Below are positions 54,420 to 63,720 of a DNA stretch of 64,000 nt, piece by piece. The DNA comes from Candidatus Obscuribacterales bacterium (lineage in GTDB: Bacteria > Cyanobacteriota > Vampirovibrionia > Obscuribacterales > Obscuribacteraceae): NCBI GenBank assembly GCA_965228855.1, contig CBDDIJ010000005.1, positions 635,856-699,855 on the forward strand, given 5' to 3'. Position 1 is the first letter of the stretch, and each line of letters opens with the position of its first letter. The notes under the pieces were generated by a model. It ran no database searches and was not told the origin of the DNA. It saw only the letters and a list, made by a program, of their open reading frames with translations. A program made the translations under genes and the position numbers.

Positions 54420-55526
54420 CTATTTCTTTTTAGCCGAGAGAAATTTTTCTTTTCGACTGACGAATTTACTGTACCGTCGAATTGATCCCTGGAAGATTCG
54501 AACGCGAATGATTGCATAAAGGATAGAACACAACGCATAGATCGCAAACTGACGCAAATCATCATCCTTGGGACATTCCCTCAGGGCATCGCTAATCTCT
54601 TTGCGGGTGACGTATAGAGCGCCGAAAGCCGTTTGAACATCTGCATTACCACAGTCATTCAACGCGCTCAAGATATGCTTAGTTGCAACTGCCGAAACGC
54701 CATCGTTTGCAGCCGCATACATTGCGTCTACAAGCATCTGGTCGGCTTCTGCAGTAAAGCACATATCTACGCTACCACCGCGGGCGATGGCAGACATTCG
54801 GTCAAAACTCAGGGGATTCGCTCCATCGATTACTTTCCTTGCCGTCCCTGCTAAATCGCCTAACCCATAGGGTTTTCCAATCGCATTCAAATGCAAAGAC
54901 AGCATCAACTGCCCAGCAGCAAAGCCATGATTGGTCAGAAGTGCAAGCAACACATGCTCGCAACCTATTTCCTGGCACCCCTGTCGCAGAGCCTCGGTCT
55001 TCGAAGCAGCCAGAATCAGCATTGCCGTCTGGCTCAAGCGAACGGTGCCACTATATTTAACACCAGACCCGAAATTGATCTGAGGGTAGTAAATCATGTT
55101 GTTGGCCGTCAGACGAAAGTTCTTCTGACGAACCACGTTATTATCGAAAAACTCTTTGTACGCTTGGGGTGAAACAGTAGCTCCGAGGTTTAACTTCTGA
55201 GTCTCGCTATCACCAGAGACAAAAGCCTGGAGTTCCTCCTCATCAGGCCAGAGCTGAGCCGGTAGCCTGGAGTTCGAGCTCTCAGCCTTCTTAGACTCAG
55301 CTTTTGGAACAGGCTTCGAACTGCGCTTTTCTCCGGACGCCTCGTTATTCCTGGAAGGAGGAGGCAAGATCGACTCCACGTTGGAATCTTCCGGAGCAAA
55401 AGACTCGAGCGGATGAAATTCGATCTCGTCTACATCAATTTCGCGCAAGTCAATGCCGTCGACCATAAAGCCAACGCTGTCGTTTCGCTCGGGCTCAGGA
55501 TTTTTCAAATCCCCATCATCCGCCAT
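54420..55526 (-). CDS. orphan Clp_N (Clp amino-terminal repeat) domain protein with acidic disordered N-terminus and hydrophobic C-terminal segment; no AAA+ module
   Basis: ATG has GAGGAA 5 nt upstream. Two Clp_N-like repeats are present: LSQTAMLILAASKTEALRQGCQEIGCEHVLLALLTNHGFAAGQLMLSLHLN and FTAEADQMLVDAMYAAANDGVSAVATKHILSALNDCGNADVQTAFGALYVTRKEISDAL. The C-terminal segment is FAIYALCSILYAIIRVRIF. Confidence 0.65.
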   Translation of the reverse strand: MADDGDLKNPEPERNDSVGFMVDGIDLREIDVDEIEFHPLESFAPEDSNVESILPPPSRNNEASGEKRSSKPVPKAESKKAESSNSRLPAQLWPDEEELQAFVSGDSETQKLNLGATVSPQAYKEFFDNNVVRQKNFRLTANNMIYYPQINFGSGVKYSGTVRLSQTAMLILAASKTEALRQGCQEIGCEHVLLALLTNHGFAAGQLMLSLHLNAIGKPYGLGDLAGTARKVIDGANPLSFDRMSAIARGGSVDMCFTAEADQMLVDAMYAAANDGVSAVATKHILSALNDCGNADVQTAFGALYVTRKEISDALRECPKDDDLRQFAIYALCSILYAIIRVRIFQGSIRRYSKFVSRKEKFLSAKKK

Positions 55527-55597
55527 CGAATTTCCTCAACAAAAGCACAGATAGCACTCATCTCGAAGAGGCAAACTCGCGGTCATGGAGAGTTGCC

Positions 55598-56545
55598 TTA
55601 CTTCGCACCAACAGTGGGAACTTGGGTCTCGAACCATGCAATAGTTTGCTTTAAACCATCCAGCAGCTCGGTTTGGGGATTCCAACCAAGTACTTCCCTG
55701 GCTCTAGTTATATCAGGAAGGCGACGGCGAGGATCATCGATCGGGAGTTCTTTGAAGACGATTTCACTGCGAGTTTTGGTTAGCTCTTTGATTATTTTCG
55801 CGATTTCGGAAACCGTTTTTTCCTGCGGATTTCCGAGGTTGATGGGCTGGTGACAGTCGGAGTTCATCGTGCGAACGATTCCATCTACCAGATCGGAAAC
55901 GTACTGAAAGCTGCGCGTTTGTGAGCCGTCACCATATACGGTGAGTGGTTCTTTCTCCAAGGCCTGCCGTATGAAATTCGAAATCACTCTGCCATCGTCA
56001 AGGCGCAATCGAGGACCGTAGCAATTGAAGATACGAATGATACGCGTATCGAGACCGTGCATTTTGTGATATGCCATCGTGATTGCCTCGGCAAAGCGCT
56101 TAGCTTCATCATATACACCGCGCGGACCGATCGGGTTAACATTGCCCCAGTACGCTTCGGTTTGCGGATGAACCTCGGGATCCCCGTAGACTTCACTAGT
56201 ACTGGCAAGCAGATACTTTGCGTTTTTCGTCGACGCCAGTCCGAGTGTGTTGTGAGTACCTAACGAATTGACCTTCAATGTTTGAATCGGCAATTCCAGA
56301 TAATCGACTGGTGACGCTGGCGAGGCAAGGTGGACGACAAAGTCGATATCACCTTTCACGTAAATATAATTCGACACATCGTGGTGGATGAATTCAAACT
56401 TGCTATTGCTCGTGTGTTGCTGAATGTTCTCGAATTTTCCGGTGATCAGGTTATCCATGGCAATCACATAATTGCCTTCGGACATAAGTCGATCCACTAG
56501 ATGGGAGCCGATGAAACCAGCCGCGCCAGTAACTAAAATTCTCAA
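55598..56545 (-). CDS. uxs: UDP-glucuronate decarboxylase (UDP-xylose synthase), SDR family
   Basis: TTG start gives [16 protein letters not shown]. Motifs: ...[36 protein letters not shown]...[21 protein letters not shown]...[19 protein letters not shown]. The start overlaps the ugd stop by 4 nt (TTGA). Confidence 0.9.
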   Translation of the reverse strand: MRILVTGAAGFIGSHLVDRLMSEGNYVIAMDNLITGKFENIQQHTSNSKFEFIHHDVSNYIYVKGDIDFVVHLASPASPVDYLELPIQTLKVNSLGTHNTLGLASTKNAKYLLASTSEVYGDPEVHPQTEAYWGNVNPIGPRGVYDEAKRFAEAITMAYHKMHGLDTRIIRIFNCYGPRLRLDDGRVISNFIRQALEKEPLTVYGDGSQTRSFQYVSDLVDGIVRTMNSDCHQPINLGNPQEKTVSEIAKIIKELTKTRSEIVFKELPIDDPRRRLPDITRAREVLGWNPQTELLDGLKQTIAWFETQVPTVGAK

Positions 56546-57936
56546 CGTCCAACCCCCCGATAAGTCATGCCGTGCGAGGAGATCTCCTCTTCTTGCAAAA
56601 CGTTTCTGCCGTCGACGACCAACGGCCAGCGCATGACGCGTGATACTTCACGCCAATTTGCGCGCTTGAACTCATCCCACTCTGTGACGAGCACCAGAGC
56701 ATCACTATCGGTGGCAAGGTCGACCAGATCGGTAGCATAGGAGATGTCGAGATCGGGATGCTGACGTTTGCATTCCTCCATCGCGACAGGATCATACGCC
56801 TTGACGTGCACGCCCATTTTTGTGAGCTGTCGTGCGATTGTTAAGCTTGGCGCATCCCGCAAATCATCGGTATTGGGCTTGAAAGACAAACCCATCAAAC
56901 CAACGGTGCGACCTTTAATGATCTTGAGTTCGTCCTGAAGTTTTTGAATGACGATCATGCGCTGATGTTCATTCACTTTGATAGTAGCTTCCAGCAGATG
57001 GGTCGGATAGTGATACTCGCGCGCCACTTGCATCAACGCCAAAATATCCTTACCGAAACAACTGCCGCCCCATCCGACACCGGCGTTTAAAAACGGCGAG
57101 CCGATGCGCTGGTCAAGCCCAATCCCGCGAGTAACTTGCTTGATATCAGCACCAACCTTTTCGCACAACCCGGAGATTTCATTGGCGAAACTGATCTTCA
57201 TAGCGAGAAACGCGTTCGCCGAGTATTTGATCAGCTCAGCCGAGGCCAAGTCGGTGAGAACGAACGGCACATGATCGAAACCTTTCGGACGCGGTGAGCA
57301 CCACTCGGGCGACTCAAAATCTTGAGTCAGAATAGGATTGTAGAGTTTGCGCATCGAGTCAATCGCGGACTCATCCGTGCTGCCCACAACGATGCGGTCC
57401 GGATAAAACGAGTCGTCGAGAGCACTTCCTTCACGCAAAAATTCAGGATTGCTGACCACCGAAAATGACGGTGCTTCAGGACGAGCGCTGCGAGCCGGAA
57501 CCGGCTGCACCGATTGAACGCCCTGATTGACCAGCATCTCGACCCAGTTGCCTGAACCGACTGGAACTGTGGATTTATTGACGATTATGCGTTTGCGCTT
57601 GTTATCCAGAGCGCCCCCGATTCCTCGCGCGACGCTCATGACCTGCGACAGGTCAGAATCGCCGTTCGGCAAGGGTGGTGTACCCACGCATATGAAAATT
57701 ACTTCGGAGCTTTTGACGCCTTCTTCGAGATTAGCAGTGAATCTGAGGGTTCCTTTAGCGAGGCAGTTTTTAACAAACTCTTCCATGCCAGGTTCGAAAA
57801 ACGGCATGACACCCTTGTTCAAGCTCTCAAGCTTCGTAGCGTTCGCTTCGACAGCAACGACCTGATTGCCAAAGTGGGCTAAGCAAGCACTGGTAACAAG
57901 CCCTACATAACCAGCTCCAACTACACAAATATCCAC
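56542..57936 (-). CDS. ugd: UDP-glucose 6-dehydrogenase
   Basis: GTG start gives [20 protein letters not shown]. Motifs: ...[10 protein letters not shown]..., [11 protein letters not shown] (catalytic Cys), ...[16 protein letters not shown]... Confidence 0.9.
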   Translation of the reverse strand: MDICVVGAGYVGLVTSACLAHFGNQVVAVEANATKLESLNKGVMPFFEPGMEEFVKNCLAKGTLRFTANLEEGVKSSEVIFICVGTPPLPNGDSDLSQVMSVARGIGGALDNKRKRIIVNKSTVPVGSGNWVEMLVNQGVQSVQPVPARSARPEAPSFSVVSNPEFLREGSALDDSFYPDRIVVGSTDESAIDSMRKLYNPILTQDFESPEWCSPRPKGFDHVPFVLTDLASAELIKYSANAFLAMKISFANEISGLCEKVGADIKQVTRGIGLDQRIGSPFLNAGVGWGGSCFGKDILALMQVAREYHYPTHLLEATIKVNEHQRMIVIQKLQDELKIIKGRTVGLMGLSFKPNTDDLRDAPSLTIARQLTKMGVHVKAYDPVAMEECKRQHPDLDISYATDLVDLATDSDALVLVTEWDEFKRANWREVSRVMRWPLVVDGRNVLQEEEISSHGMTYRGVGR

Positions 57937-58282
57937 GCGTCAAAACTCCGGGTTTCTTGCTAGCCTGATATAGTCGAGATTACCAGACGAAGCCGGTTTC
58001 CCTCAAATATAAGTACAAGCCTGTCTCAATGTATAGAAACAAGTATATGTTAGCCCTTATCCATAGCAGAGGACTATCCTTGACAGGGCTTTATTGCGGC
58101 TTTCGCGCGGTTGTGAAGCGACGTTTTTTGTTAATTATCCAGGAGCCGTCCTACCTGTCAGCCGCCTGAGTTCTGGCGTCAGGCGATTTCTGCGTATGAA
58201 TGAGACGCATTGATGCCAAGCAGGCAGCAACTGGAGGTGCGGTACACTAGGCTTTCGCGTACTTCGTTTCGAGAAAATCATC

Positions 58283-59098
58283 GTGCCGGAATCTCAACTT
58301 GAGCAATTCGTTAAAACCATCGCGCGCCTGCGTGCCCCGGATGGATGTCCCTGGGACAGAGAGCAGACCCACGACAGTTTAGCTCGCTACCTGCTGGAAG
58401 AAACTTACGAAGTCCTCGAAGCCATCCATTCAGGCGACAGCAAAGAGATGTGCGAAGAACTCGGCGATCTGTTGCTGCAAATCGTGCTCAATGCACAAGT
58501 TGCCAAGGACGCCGGCACCTTTGACATCGAGGATGTCGCGCGCGGTATCAACGAAAAAATGATTGAACGGCATCCGCACGTTTTTGGCGACAAAACAGTT
58601 GATTCTGCAGGTGCGGTGAAAACCCAGTGGGAAGAAATCAAGGACGCAGAGCGTAAAAAGAAAAACCCGGACCAGTCATCAATGGACGGCATCTCAAAGG
58701 TCTTACCGGCACTTCTGCAGGCGCTAAAGGTTTCAGAGAAGGCTGTAAGTCAAGGTTTTGAATGGAAAACCGAAGGCGACGTCTGGAAACAACTCGAAAG
58801 CGAGCTAAAGGAATTGCAGGAAGCTATCTCCAACCCGGAGATGGATCATCCGGAAAAACATGTACAGGCAAAACGAGAAGTAGAGCTAGAGTTCGGCGAT
58901 GTGCTCTTCTGCATGGTAAACGTCGCACGTTGGCATGCGGTCGACCCGGAAGGGTCTTTATTGCTGGCAATCGAAAAGTTCAAGGATCGCTTCCGCACAG
59001 TAGAAAAATTAAGCACTGTTCCGCTAAAAGATCTGACGACAGACGAGCTTGAAGAACTTTGGCTTGAAGCAAAAAAGGAAGTGTCCGGAAAGAAGTAG
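58283..59098 (+). CDS. mazG: nucleoside triphosphate pyrophosphohydrolase MazG (tandem-domain type)
   Basis: LRAPDGCPWDREQTHDSLARYLLEETYEVLEAI...ELGDLLLQIVLNAQ...ERHPHVF, plus a second EEXXE/D half (ELEFGDVLFCMVNVARW). Confidence 0.9.
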   Translation: MPESQLEQFVKTIARLRAPDGCPWDREQTHDSLARYLLEETYEVLEAIHSGDSKEMCEELGDLLLQIVLNAQVAKDAGTFDIEDVARGINEKMIERHPHVFGDKTVDSAGAVKTQWEEIKDAERKKKNPDQSSMDGISKVLPALLQALKVSEKAVSQGFEWKTEGDVWKQLESELKELQEAISNPEMDHPEKHVQAKREVELEFGDVLFCMVNVARWHAVDPEGSLLLAIEKFKDRFRTVEKLSTVPLKDLTTDELEELWLEAKKEVSGKK

Positions 59099-59145
59099 CT
59101 CTTCTACCTGGTATCACAAGTGGTGACCAAAGGAGTGAAAGATAA

Positions 59146-59526
59146 TTGGATCAATCAGTTTCGAAACCGAATAGAAAGGACGAGAATACGACAGTCGAGC
59201 AGTTGCGTGAGGCGATGCAAGACTTCGTCATCGAGCGGGATTGGCAGCGGTTTCACACACCGAAAAATCTGGCTGGAAGTGTTTCGATTGAAGCGGCCGA
59301 ATTAGTCGAACTGTTCCAATGGATGACTACCGAAGAGGCGAGCGAACGAGCGAAATCAGACGAAACGCTCCGTGGCGAGATCGCAGATGAGATGGCAGAT
59401 GTCTTCCTCTACCTGCTCTCAATGGCCAACGCTCTGAATATCGATCTGGCAAAATCTACCTTCGCCAAGATCGAGAAAAACAATATCAAGTACCCGGTTG
59501 AAACAGCGCATCAGTTTAAATCGTGA
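59146..59526 (+). CDS. small single-domain MazG-like nucleotide pyrophosphohydrolase
   Basis: TTG start with AAGGAG 10 nt upstream. ...FVIERDWQRFHTPKNLAGSVSIEAAELVELFQW...EIADEMADVFLYLLSMANALNIDL... is typical of the ~110-125-aa MazG-like family. Confidence 0.8.
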   Translation: MDQSVSKPNRKDENTTVEQLREAMQDFVIERDWQRFHTPKNLAGSVSIEAAELVELFQWMTTEEASERAKSDETLRGEIADEMADVFLYLLSMANALNIDLAKSTFAKIEKNNIKYPVETAHQFKS

Positions 59527-59601
59527 TGTTGAGCCTTATTTATGCTCAAACGCGAGAACAGAGGCGGATACGCGAAGAGGTTTTAACGCTTCAAGGACGA
59601 A

Positions 59602-60516
59602 TTACAATGTATTCGTGGTGCTAGTGGTGGCAGTTGAAGGGATAACGGGCTGTTGATTGATCAGCACCTTGGTCTTTGCCAGGGCTGCGGCTTTCGCCTC
59701 AGCGGCCGCCTTACCTTCCAGCTTCTTAGAGACCTTCAACGGAATGTTGTTGTCGAGCGAAAGGTCAACATACTCGAGCCTATCCTGGTACTGAGCAAGT
59801 GTCGGCAGAATCGAAGTAAGCCGTCCAAGACGCTGTGTCAAAGCGGCATCCGGAATACCAATCTTGAGGGTCAAGGTCGGAGTGTGAGCGATCACGTCGA
59901 ACGGTTTTCGCATGTCGACAGATTCGACCGGTTGTTTGGTCTGGCTCTCGATGAATGTCACCCAGGTTGCCCACTGTTTCACATCAGCCGGCGTCATCTT
60001 CAAATTGTTGCCCGCGTATATCTTGAGCGCCGGAGACATCACATTTGGAAACTTTTTGAGAGGGATGACGCGCCCGGTTTCCGAAATCACGGCATGTGTA
60101 GGTTGCTCAGGATCGGTTCCGAGTGACGCCCAAGGTTGTTCCTCAAGCACTTCTACAACGACGTGCGGACGCGGAAATGCGTAGCGTCTGACGAAAGCAT
60201 TGTTGATAGTTTCAAGCGCTTCGACTTTCTTCTCTTGCTTCTTCGGGTCAACTACATATACGGGAGCATAAAGCGCGTCGACCAGCGCCTCGCGAATTTG
60301 CTGCTTGGATGTGAAGTGATTTCCTTTAACGATGATTTCACTGGAACCGTCGCTCACGGACCATGGCAGGTACGCGAAGCCCGTATAACCAAGCGCAAGC
60401 ACTGTCATCACCAGAAGTAAGCGAAGGATTTGCCGACGCAGGCGGGCACCGCGGGCGGTTTTACGCTTATTGCGGCGACTCTTGATCCAATCTTTTCTCT
60501 GATCTACTGGAAGCAT
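59602..60516 (-). CDS. ftsQ: FtsQ/DivIB-like cell division protein (basic N-terminus, one TM, POTRA)
   Basis: RRNKRKTARGARLRR, then TM helix LRLLLVMTVLALGYTGFAYL, then a POTRA-like IIVKGNHFTSKQQIREAL...VVVEVLEEQPWA. The ATG shares one base with the dapF stop (TAATG). Confidence 0.7.
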   Translation of the reverse strand: MLPVDQRKDWIKSRRNKRKTARGARLRRQILRLLLVMTVLALGYTGFAYLPWSVSDGSSEIIVKGNHFTSKQQIREALVDALYAPVYVVDPKKQEKKVEALETINNAFVRRYAFPRPHVVVEVLEEQPWASLGTDPEQPTHAVISETGRVIPLKKFPNVMSPALKIYAGNNLKMTPADVKQWATWVTFIESQTKQPVESVDMRKPFDVIAHTPTLTLKIGIPDAALTQRLGRLTSILPTLAQYQDRLEYVDLSLDNNIPLKVSKKLEGKAAAEAKAAALAKTKVLINQQPVIPSTATTSTTNTL

Positions 60517-61727
60517 TATTTGCAGTTCGCCTCCGCCTTGCTATCAGAGCATAACTCAAGTCCGGCCAAATGCTCCAGCTTGAATACTCCCGAAAAAATC
60601 TCAGACGCTGGACCGGTAATACGCACTCGATCGTCCGGCTCTGTGAACGAAATCTCGAGCGTGCCACCAGGCAGCTGTACCTTGGTCGTGCGCTCGAGGA
60701 GATCGGCAAGGACGCCGGCGACTACGACTGCAGCAGCACCGCTCGCGCAAGCGAGGGTAAAACCGCAACCGCGCTCGTAAACGTAACATCGAACCAGGTC
60801 GCGTGATACCACTTGCACGAACTCGACATTAACACCTTGCGGGAATGCTGGGTTGTTCTGAACGAACTGGGCGATCGCAACGAGTTCCTGCCGGGAAACA
60901 CCATCTAATTGATCGGGCTCTCTCAGTCTCTCGTCCGACATGCCGGGTGACTGCACAGCTCCATCCCAGCCATTCCAGACGGAGTCGTCAAAAATTACTC
61001 CATGCGGATTTCCCATCCCGACCGCAATGATAGGAATATTCCCACCGGCGATCGCCAGATCCAGTTTTATCAAGCCGGAAGCGGAGGCAGTCGGTTGCCT
61101 GACCGGTATCCTATCGGCGTCCAAAATCGGCTGACCCACGTCGACGCAAATGCGCTTGTCACTTGAGATTTGGACGGAAACTGCGCCTTTGGCAGTAGCG
61201 ATTTTGAATTCCTTGTCCTCGACGCCGCCTCTTAAGCGAGCCCAGAGAGCCAGACAGCGCAACCCATTTCCACACATAACGGCGTTGCTGCCGTCGGAGT
61301 TGGTATAGACCCAGCTCAGTTCGCAAGAGTCGACTTGCGGATAGTCGCCGGTCAATGCTGCGACGGCCTTGCGGTACTCCATTGCAAGGAAGGCAGCACC
61401 GCTAGCTTCCGTTGCAGCGCTCGAATTGTGTCGAGCCGGAAATTCACCGATTGATTTTTTACCGCGGTTTTTAAACTGCGACTCGAAAGGTTCGGTTTCC
61501 GTCGCACCGTAAAGAGGCATGGCAAGTATGATTCCATCGGCACCAACACCATGGTGCCTGTCGCAGAGTCGTGGAGCCAGCTCTTGTACGACGGTCTTCC
61601 AGTCAGCCAGAAGCGGAGCCAGAGCAGGGTCGAAGACCAGCTCTCTTGCGTCGATGAGGACGAAGTCATTCCCCAGACCGTGATATTTGGTGAAGGGGAG
61701 AAGAGCGCGCAAATGAAACTGCCTCAA
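60516..61727 (-). CDS. dapF: diaminopimelate epimerase, unusually long variant (403 aa)
   Basis: FTKYHGLGNDFVLID, NSDGSNAVMCGNGLRC, VGMGNPHGVIF and ERGCGFTLACASGA (both catalytic Cys motifs). There are large insertions between the canonical blocks. The start is a TTG (61727, or 61712); no ATG is available. Confidence 0.85.
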   Translation of the reverse strand: MRQFHLRALLPFTKYHGLGNDFVLIDARELVFDPALAPLLADWKTVVQELAPRLCDRHHGVGADGIILAMPLYGATETEPFESQFKNRGKKSIGEFPARHNSSAATEASGAAFLAMEYRKAVAALTGDYPQVDSCELSWVYTNSDGSNAVMCGNGLRCLALWARLRGGVEDKEFKIATAKGAVSVQISSDKRICVDVGQPILDADRIPVRQPTASASGLIKLDLAIAGGNIPIIAVGMGNPHGVIFDDSVWNGWDGAVQSPGMSDERLREPDQLDGVSRQELVAIAQFVQNNPAFPQGVNVEFVQVVSRDLVRCYVYERGCGFTLACASGAAAVVVAGVLADLLERTTKVQLPGGTLEISFTEPDDRVRITGPASEIFSGVFKLEHLAGLELCSDSKAEANCK

Positions 61728-62074
61728 AAGGAAACCAAAGAACCTTGAGATTATAACGTCTTGAGCTTGACATGGTCGGAGAATTGAAAGTCTCTAAGGC
61801 GACGGTGCTCCCTTGGACATGCTTTCAATACATCAAAACCCTACCGAGGAGTGGACTTTTCTCTTGTAAACCGAAGGTTACTGCAAGGGCAATTGCGGCT
61901 GTTTTGAAAAAGTCGCATTAAATTTGTTAAATATTCCTCTTGACTTGTAGGGACGCGCATAAAACCCGGGTATCTATCAATTGCCAGGATATATTCCGGC
62001 ATTCATACATTCTCCTCCGCAGCGAATAGCTTTCGCTCGGATCAGGCATATCACGCATTCATCAGGCTGGATAT

Positions 62075-62557
62075 ATGTTCAACTCGAATTCTTCCTATAA
62101 CACATCGCAACTCGTCAGACAGCAAGTCATTGCACTCAATCAGAGCTACCCGTGCCCCCGCTGCAACTGCGGAGTACTGGAGACGTATGGATTGACCGAA
62201 ACACTGAAATGCAATGGCTGTTCGCGCTCCTTCGTTCCTCTGCGCAACGGTCGCTGCCTGTACCCGTCAAACCGAATGGGTTTCAAAATCGCCCCAACCT
62301 TCTGGTGGGATGGTCTTCACTGGCACTGGGCGGGCACAACCGCTACGGCAAGCCAGCTAGCTGCGATTGTCTGCATGTTCATGATTCCTCTTATGGCATT
62401 GAACGGAGCTTTCCACTACGGGCACATCTGGGCCGAACGACCGGAATGGCTCAGCCCAGCACTCCTGTCGGCTGTTGTAGGTCTCGTGACAATACAGGCC
62501 ATCTACTTCATGTGCTGGGACTTCGACTTCGTATCAAGACGCAGAGCGGCAAGATAG
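62075..62557 (+). CDS. hypothetical zinc-ribbon membrane protein
   Basis: CPRC...(17 aa)...CNGC zinc-ribbon pattern, followed by two hydrophobic helices. 160 aa. Confidence 0.5.
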   Translation: MFNSNSSYNTSQLVRQQVIALNQSYPCPRCNCGVLETYGLTETLKCNGCSRSFVPLRNGRCLYPSNRMGFKIAPTFWWDGLHWHWAGTTATASQLAAIVCMFMIPLMALNGAFHYGHIWAERPEWLSPALLSAVVGLVTIQAIYFMCWDFDFVSRRRAAR

Positions 62558-62586
62558 CAGAACAGAAAATACTGAGTACTAACGTT

Positions 62587-62615
62587 AAGGGGAGTTGCAG
62601 CACGCAGCTCCCCTT
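62587..62615 (+). terminator. probable intrinsic terminator after the zinc-ribbon gene
   Basis: 12-bp stem aaggggagttgc / gcagctcccctt (one G-U pair) with a 5-nt loop. It ends in a short ttt run. Confidence 0.45.
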
Positions 62616-62739
62616 TCGGCATGTACGGATGCAAACAAGATATGCTTTCAACATACCGCCATAGCTGCACTCGACGGGGCGGCGGCGAAACTCGCGACAA
62701 CTACAGCCTGACTCGTTAGCGCGGACGCCATAGGACAGA

Positions 62740-63711
62740 ATGAAAGACAGTAACAAACAGGAACTACCGCCGCCGCATATACCTGTCATGCTCAAAGAAA
62801 GCATGGACTTGCTCAATCTGACGGAAGGCAAAACATATGTTGATGCCACGGCCGGTGCGGGTGGACATCTATTAAGCATCGCCCGCGGTGCAGGTCCGAG
62901 CAGCACTGTATATGGTATCGATCGCGACGTCGACGCCATCGGCAGATTACAAGGGCTAATGCCGGATAACGTAAAACTCATTCATTCGAACTATAGCCGA
63001 ATGAAAGAAGAACTTGCCGCTTTGAATATACACACCATAGACGGTGGCATACTGGCAGACCTCGGTGTGTCTTCTATGCAGCTCGACGAACCCCACAGGG
63101 GCTTTAGTTTCATGAACGACGGACCACTCGATATGAGAATGGATCAATCGCGCGGCATGACTGCTGAAGAATTGCTCAATTCTTTGAGCGAGAATGAACT
63201 TGCTGACATCATCTTTCGATACGGCGAGGAGCGCTTCGGAAGGCAAATCGCGCGTGCGATTGTGCGGCAGCGTCCAATAAAAACAACACGGCAATTATCT
63301 GATTTAGTCGCCAGTACATTGAGAAAATTTCAGAAACAGAAGGGGCGCGGAGAAAAAGGTGGTTTCTCCAAACACCCAGCTACGCGTACGTTTCAGGCAA
63401 TTCGCATCGCTCTTAACGAAGAACTTCAAAGCCTGGAAAAATTTTTAGAAGACGCCGTATCACTGCTGGCACCCGGCGCTCGGCTGGTGGTGATAACTTT
63501 TCATTCGCTTGAAGATCGTCTGGTTAAGCAATTTCTCAGAAGTGAGTCCACAAGCTGCGTTTGCCCGCCCAGGCAGCCACTTTGCACGTGCAACAAAAAG
63601 TCGCAATTACTGATAATTACGCGTAAACCAGTTGTTGCTACCGGTGAAGAAGTACTTGCCAATGTGCGCTCCCGTAGTGCTAAACTACGGGCAGGAGAAA
63701 AGTTGGTTTAG
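62740..63711 (+). CDS. rsmH: 16S rRNA (cytosine1402-N4)-methyltransferase RsmH
   Basis: HIPVML.E...L......YVDATAGAGGH, DLGVSSMQLD...RGFSF..DGPLDMRMD, HPATRTFQAIRIALNEEL, ITFHSLEDRLVK, SRSAKLR. Confidence 0.95.
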   Translation: MKDSNKQELPPPHIPVMLKESMDLLNLTEGKTYVDATAGAGGHLLSIARGAGPSSTVYGIDRDVDAIGRLQGLMPDNVKLIHSNYSRMKEELAALNIHTIDGGILADLGVSSMQLDEPHRGFSFMNDGPLDMRMDQSRGMTAEELLNSLSENELADIIFRYGEERFGRQIARAIVRQRPIKTTRQLSDLVASTLRKFQKQKGRGEKGGFSKHPATRTFQAIRIALNEELQSLEKFLEDAVSLLAPGARLVVITFHSLEDRLVKQFLRSESTSCVCPPRQPLCTCNKKSQLLIITRKPVVATGEEVLANVRSRSAKLRAGEKLV

Positions 63712-63720
63712 GAAACATAT

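Noticed and set aside
18100-57936. Genomic island or mobile element carrying the giant genes.
   Set aside because: I saw no integrase, transposase, tRNA, flanking direct repeats or phage genes. The flanks are ordinary metabolic and housekeeping genes. Compositional atypicality could not be computed by eye.
62152-62981. ORFs 62152-62664 (+) and 62508-62981 (-).
   Set aside because: These are alternative-frame or antisense overlaps with the zinc-ribbon gene and the rsmH 5' end. They have no RBS and no recognisable motifs.
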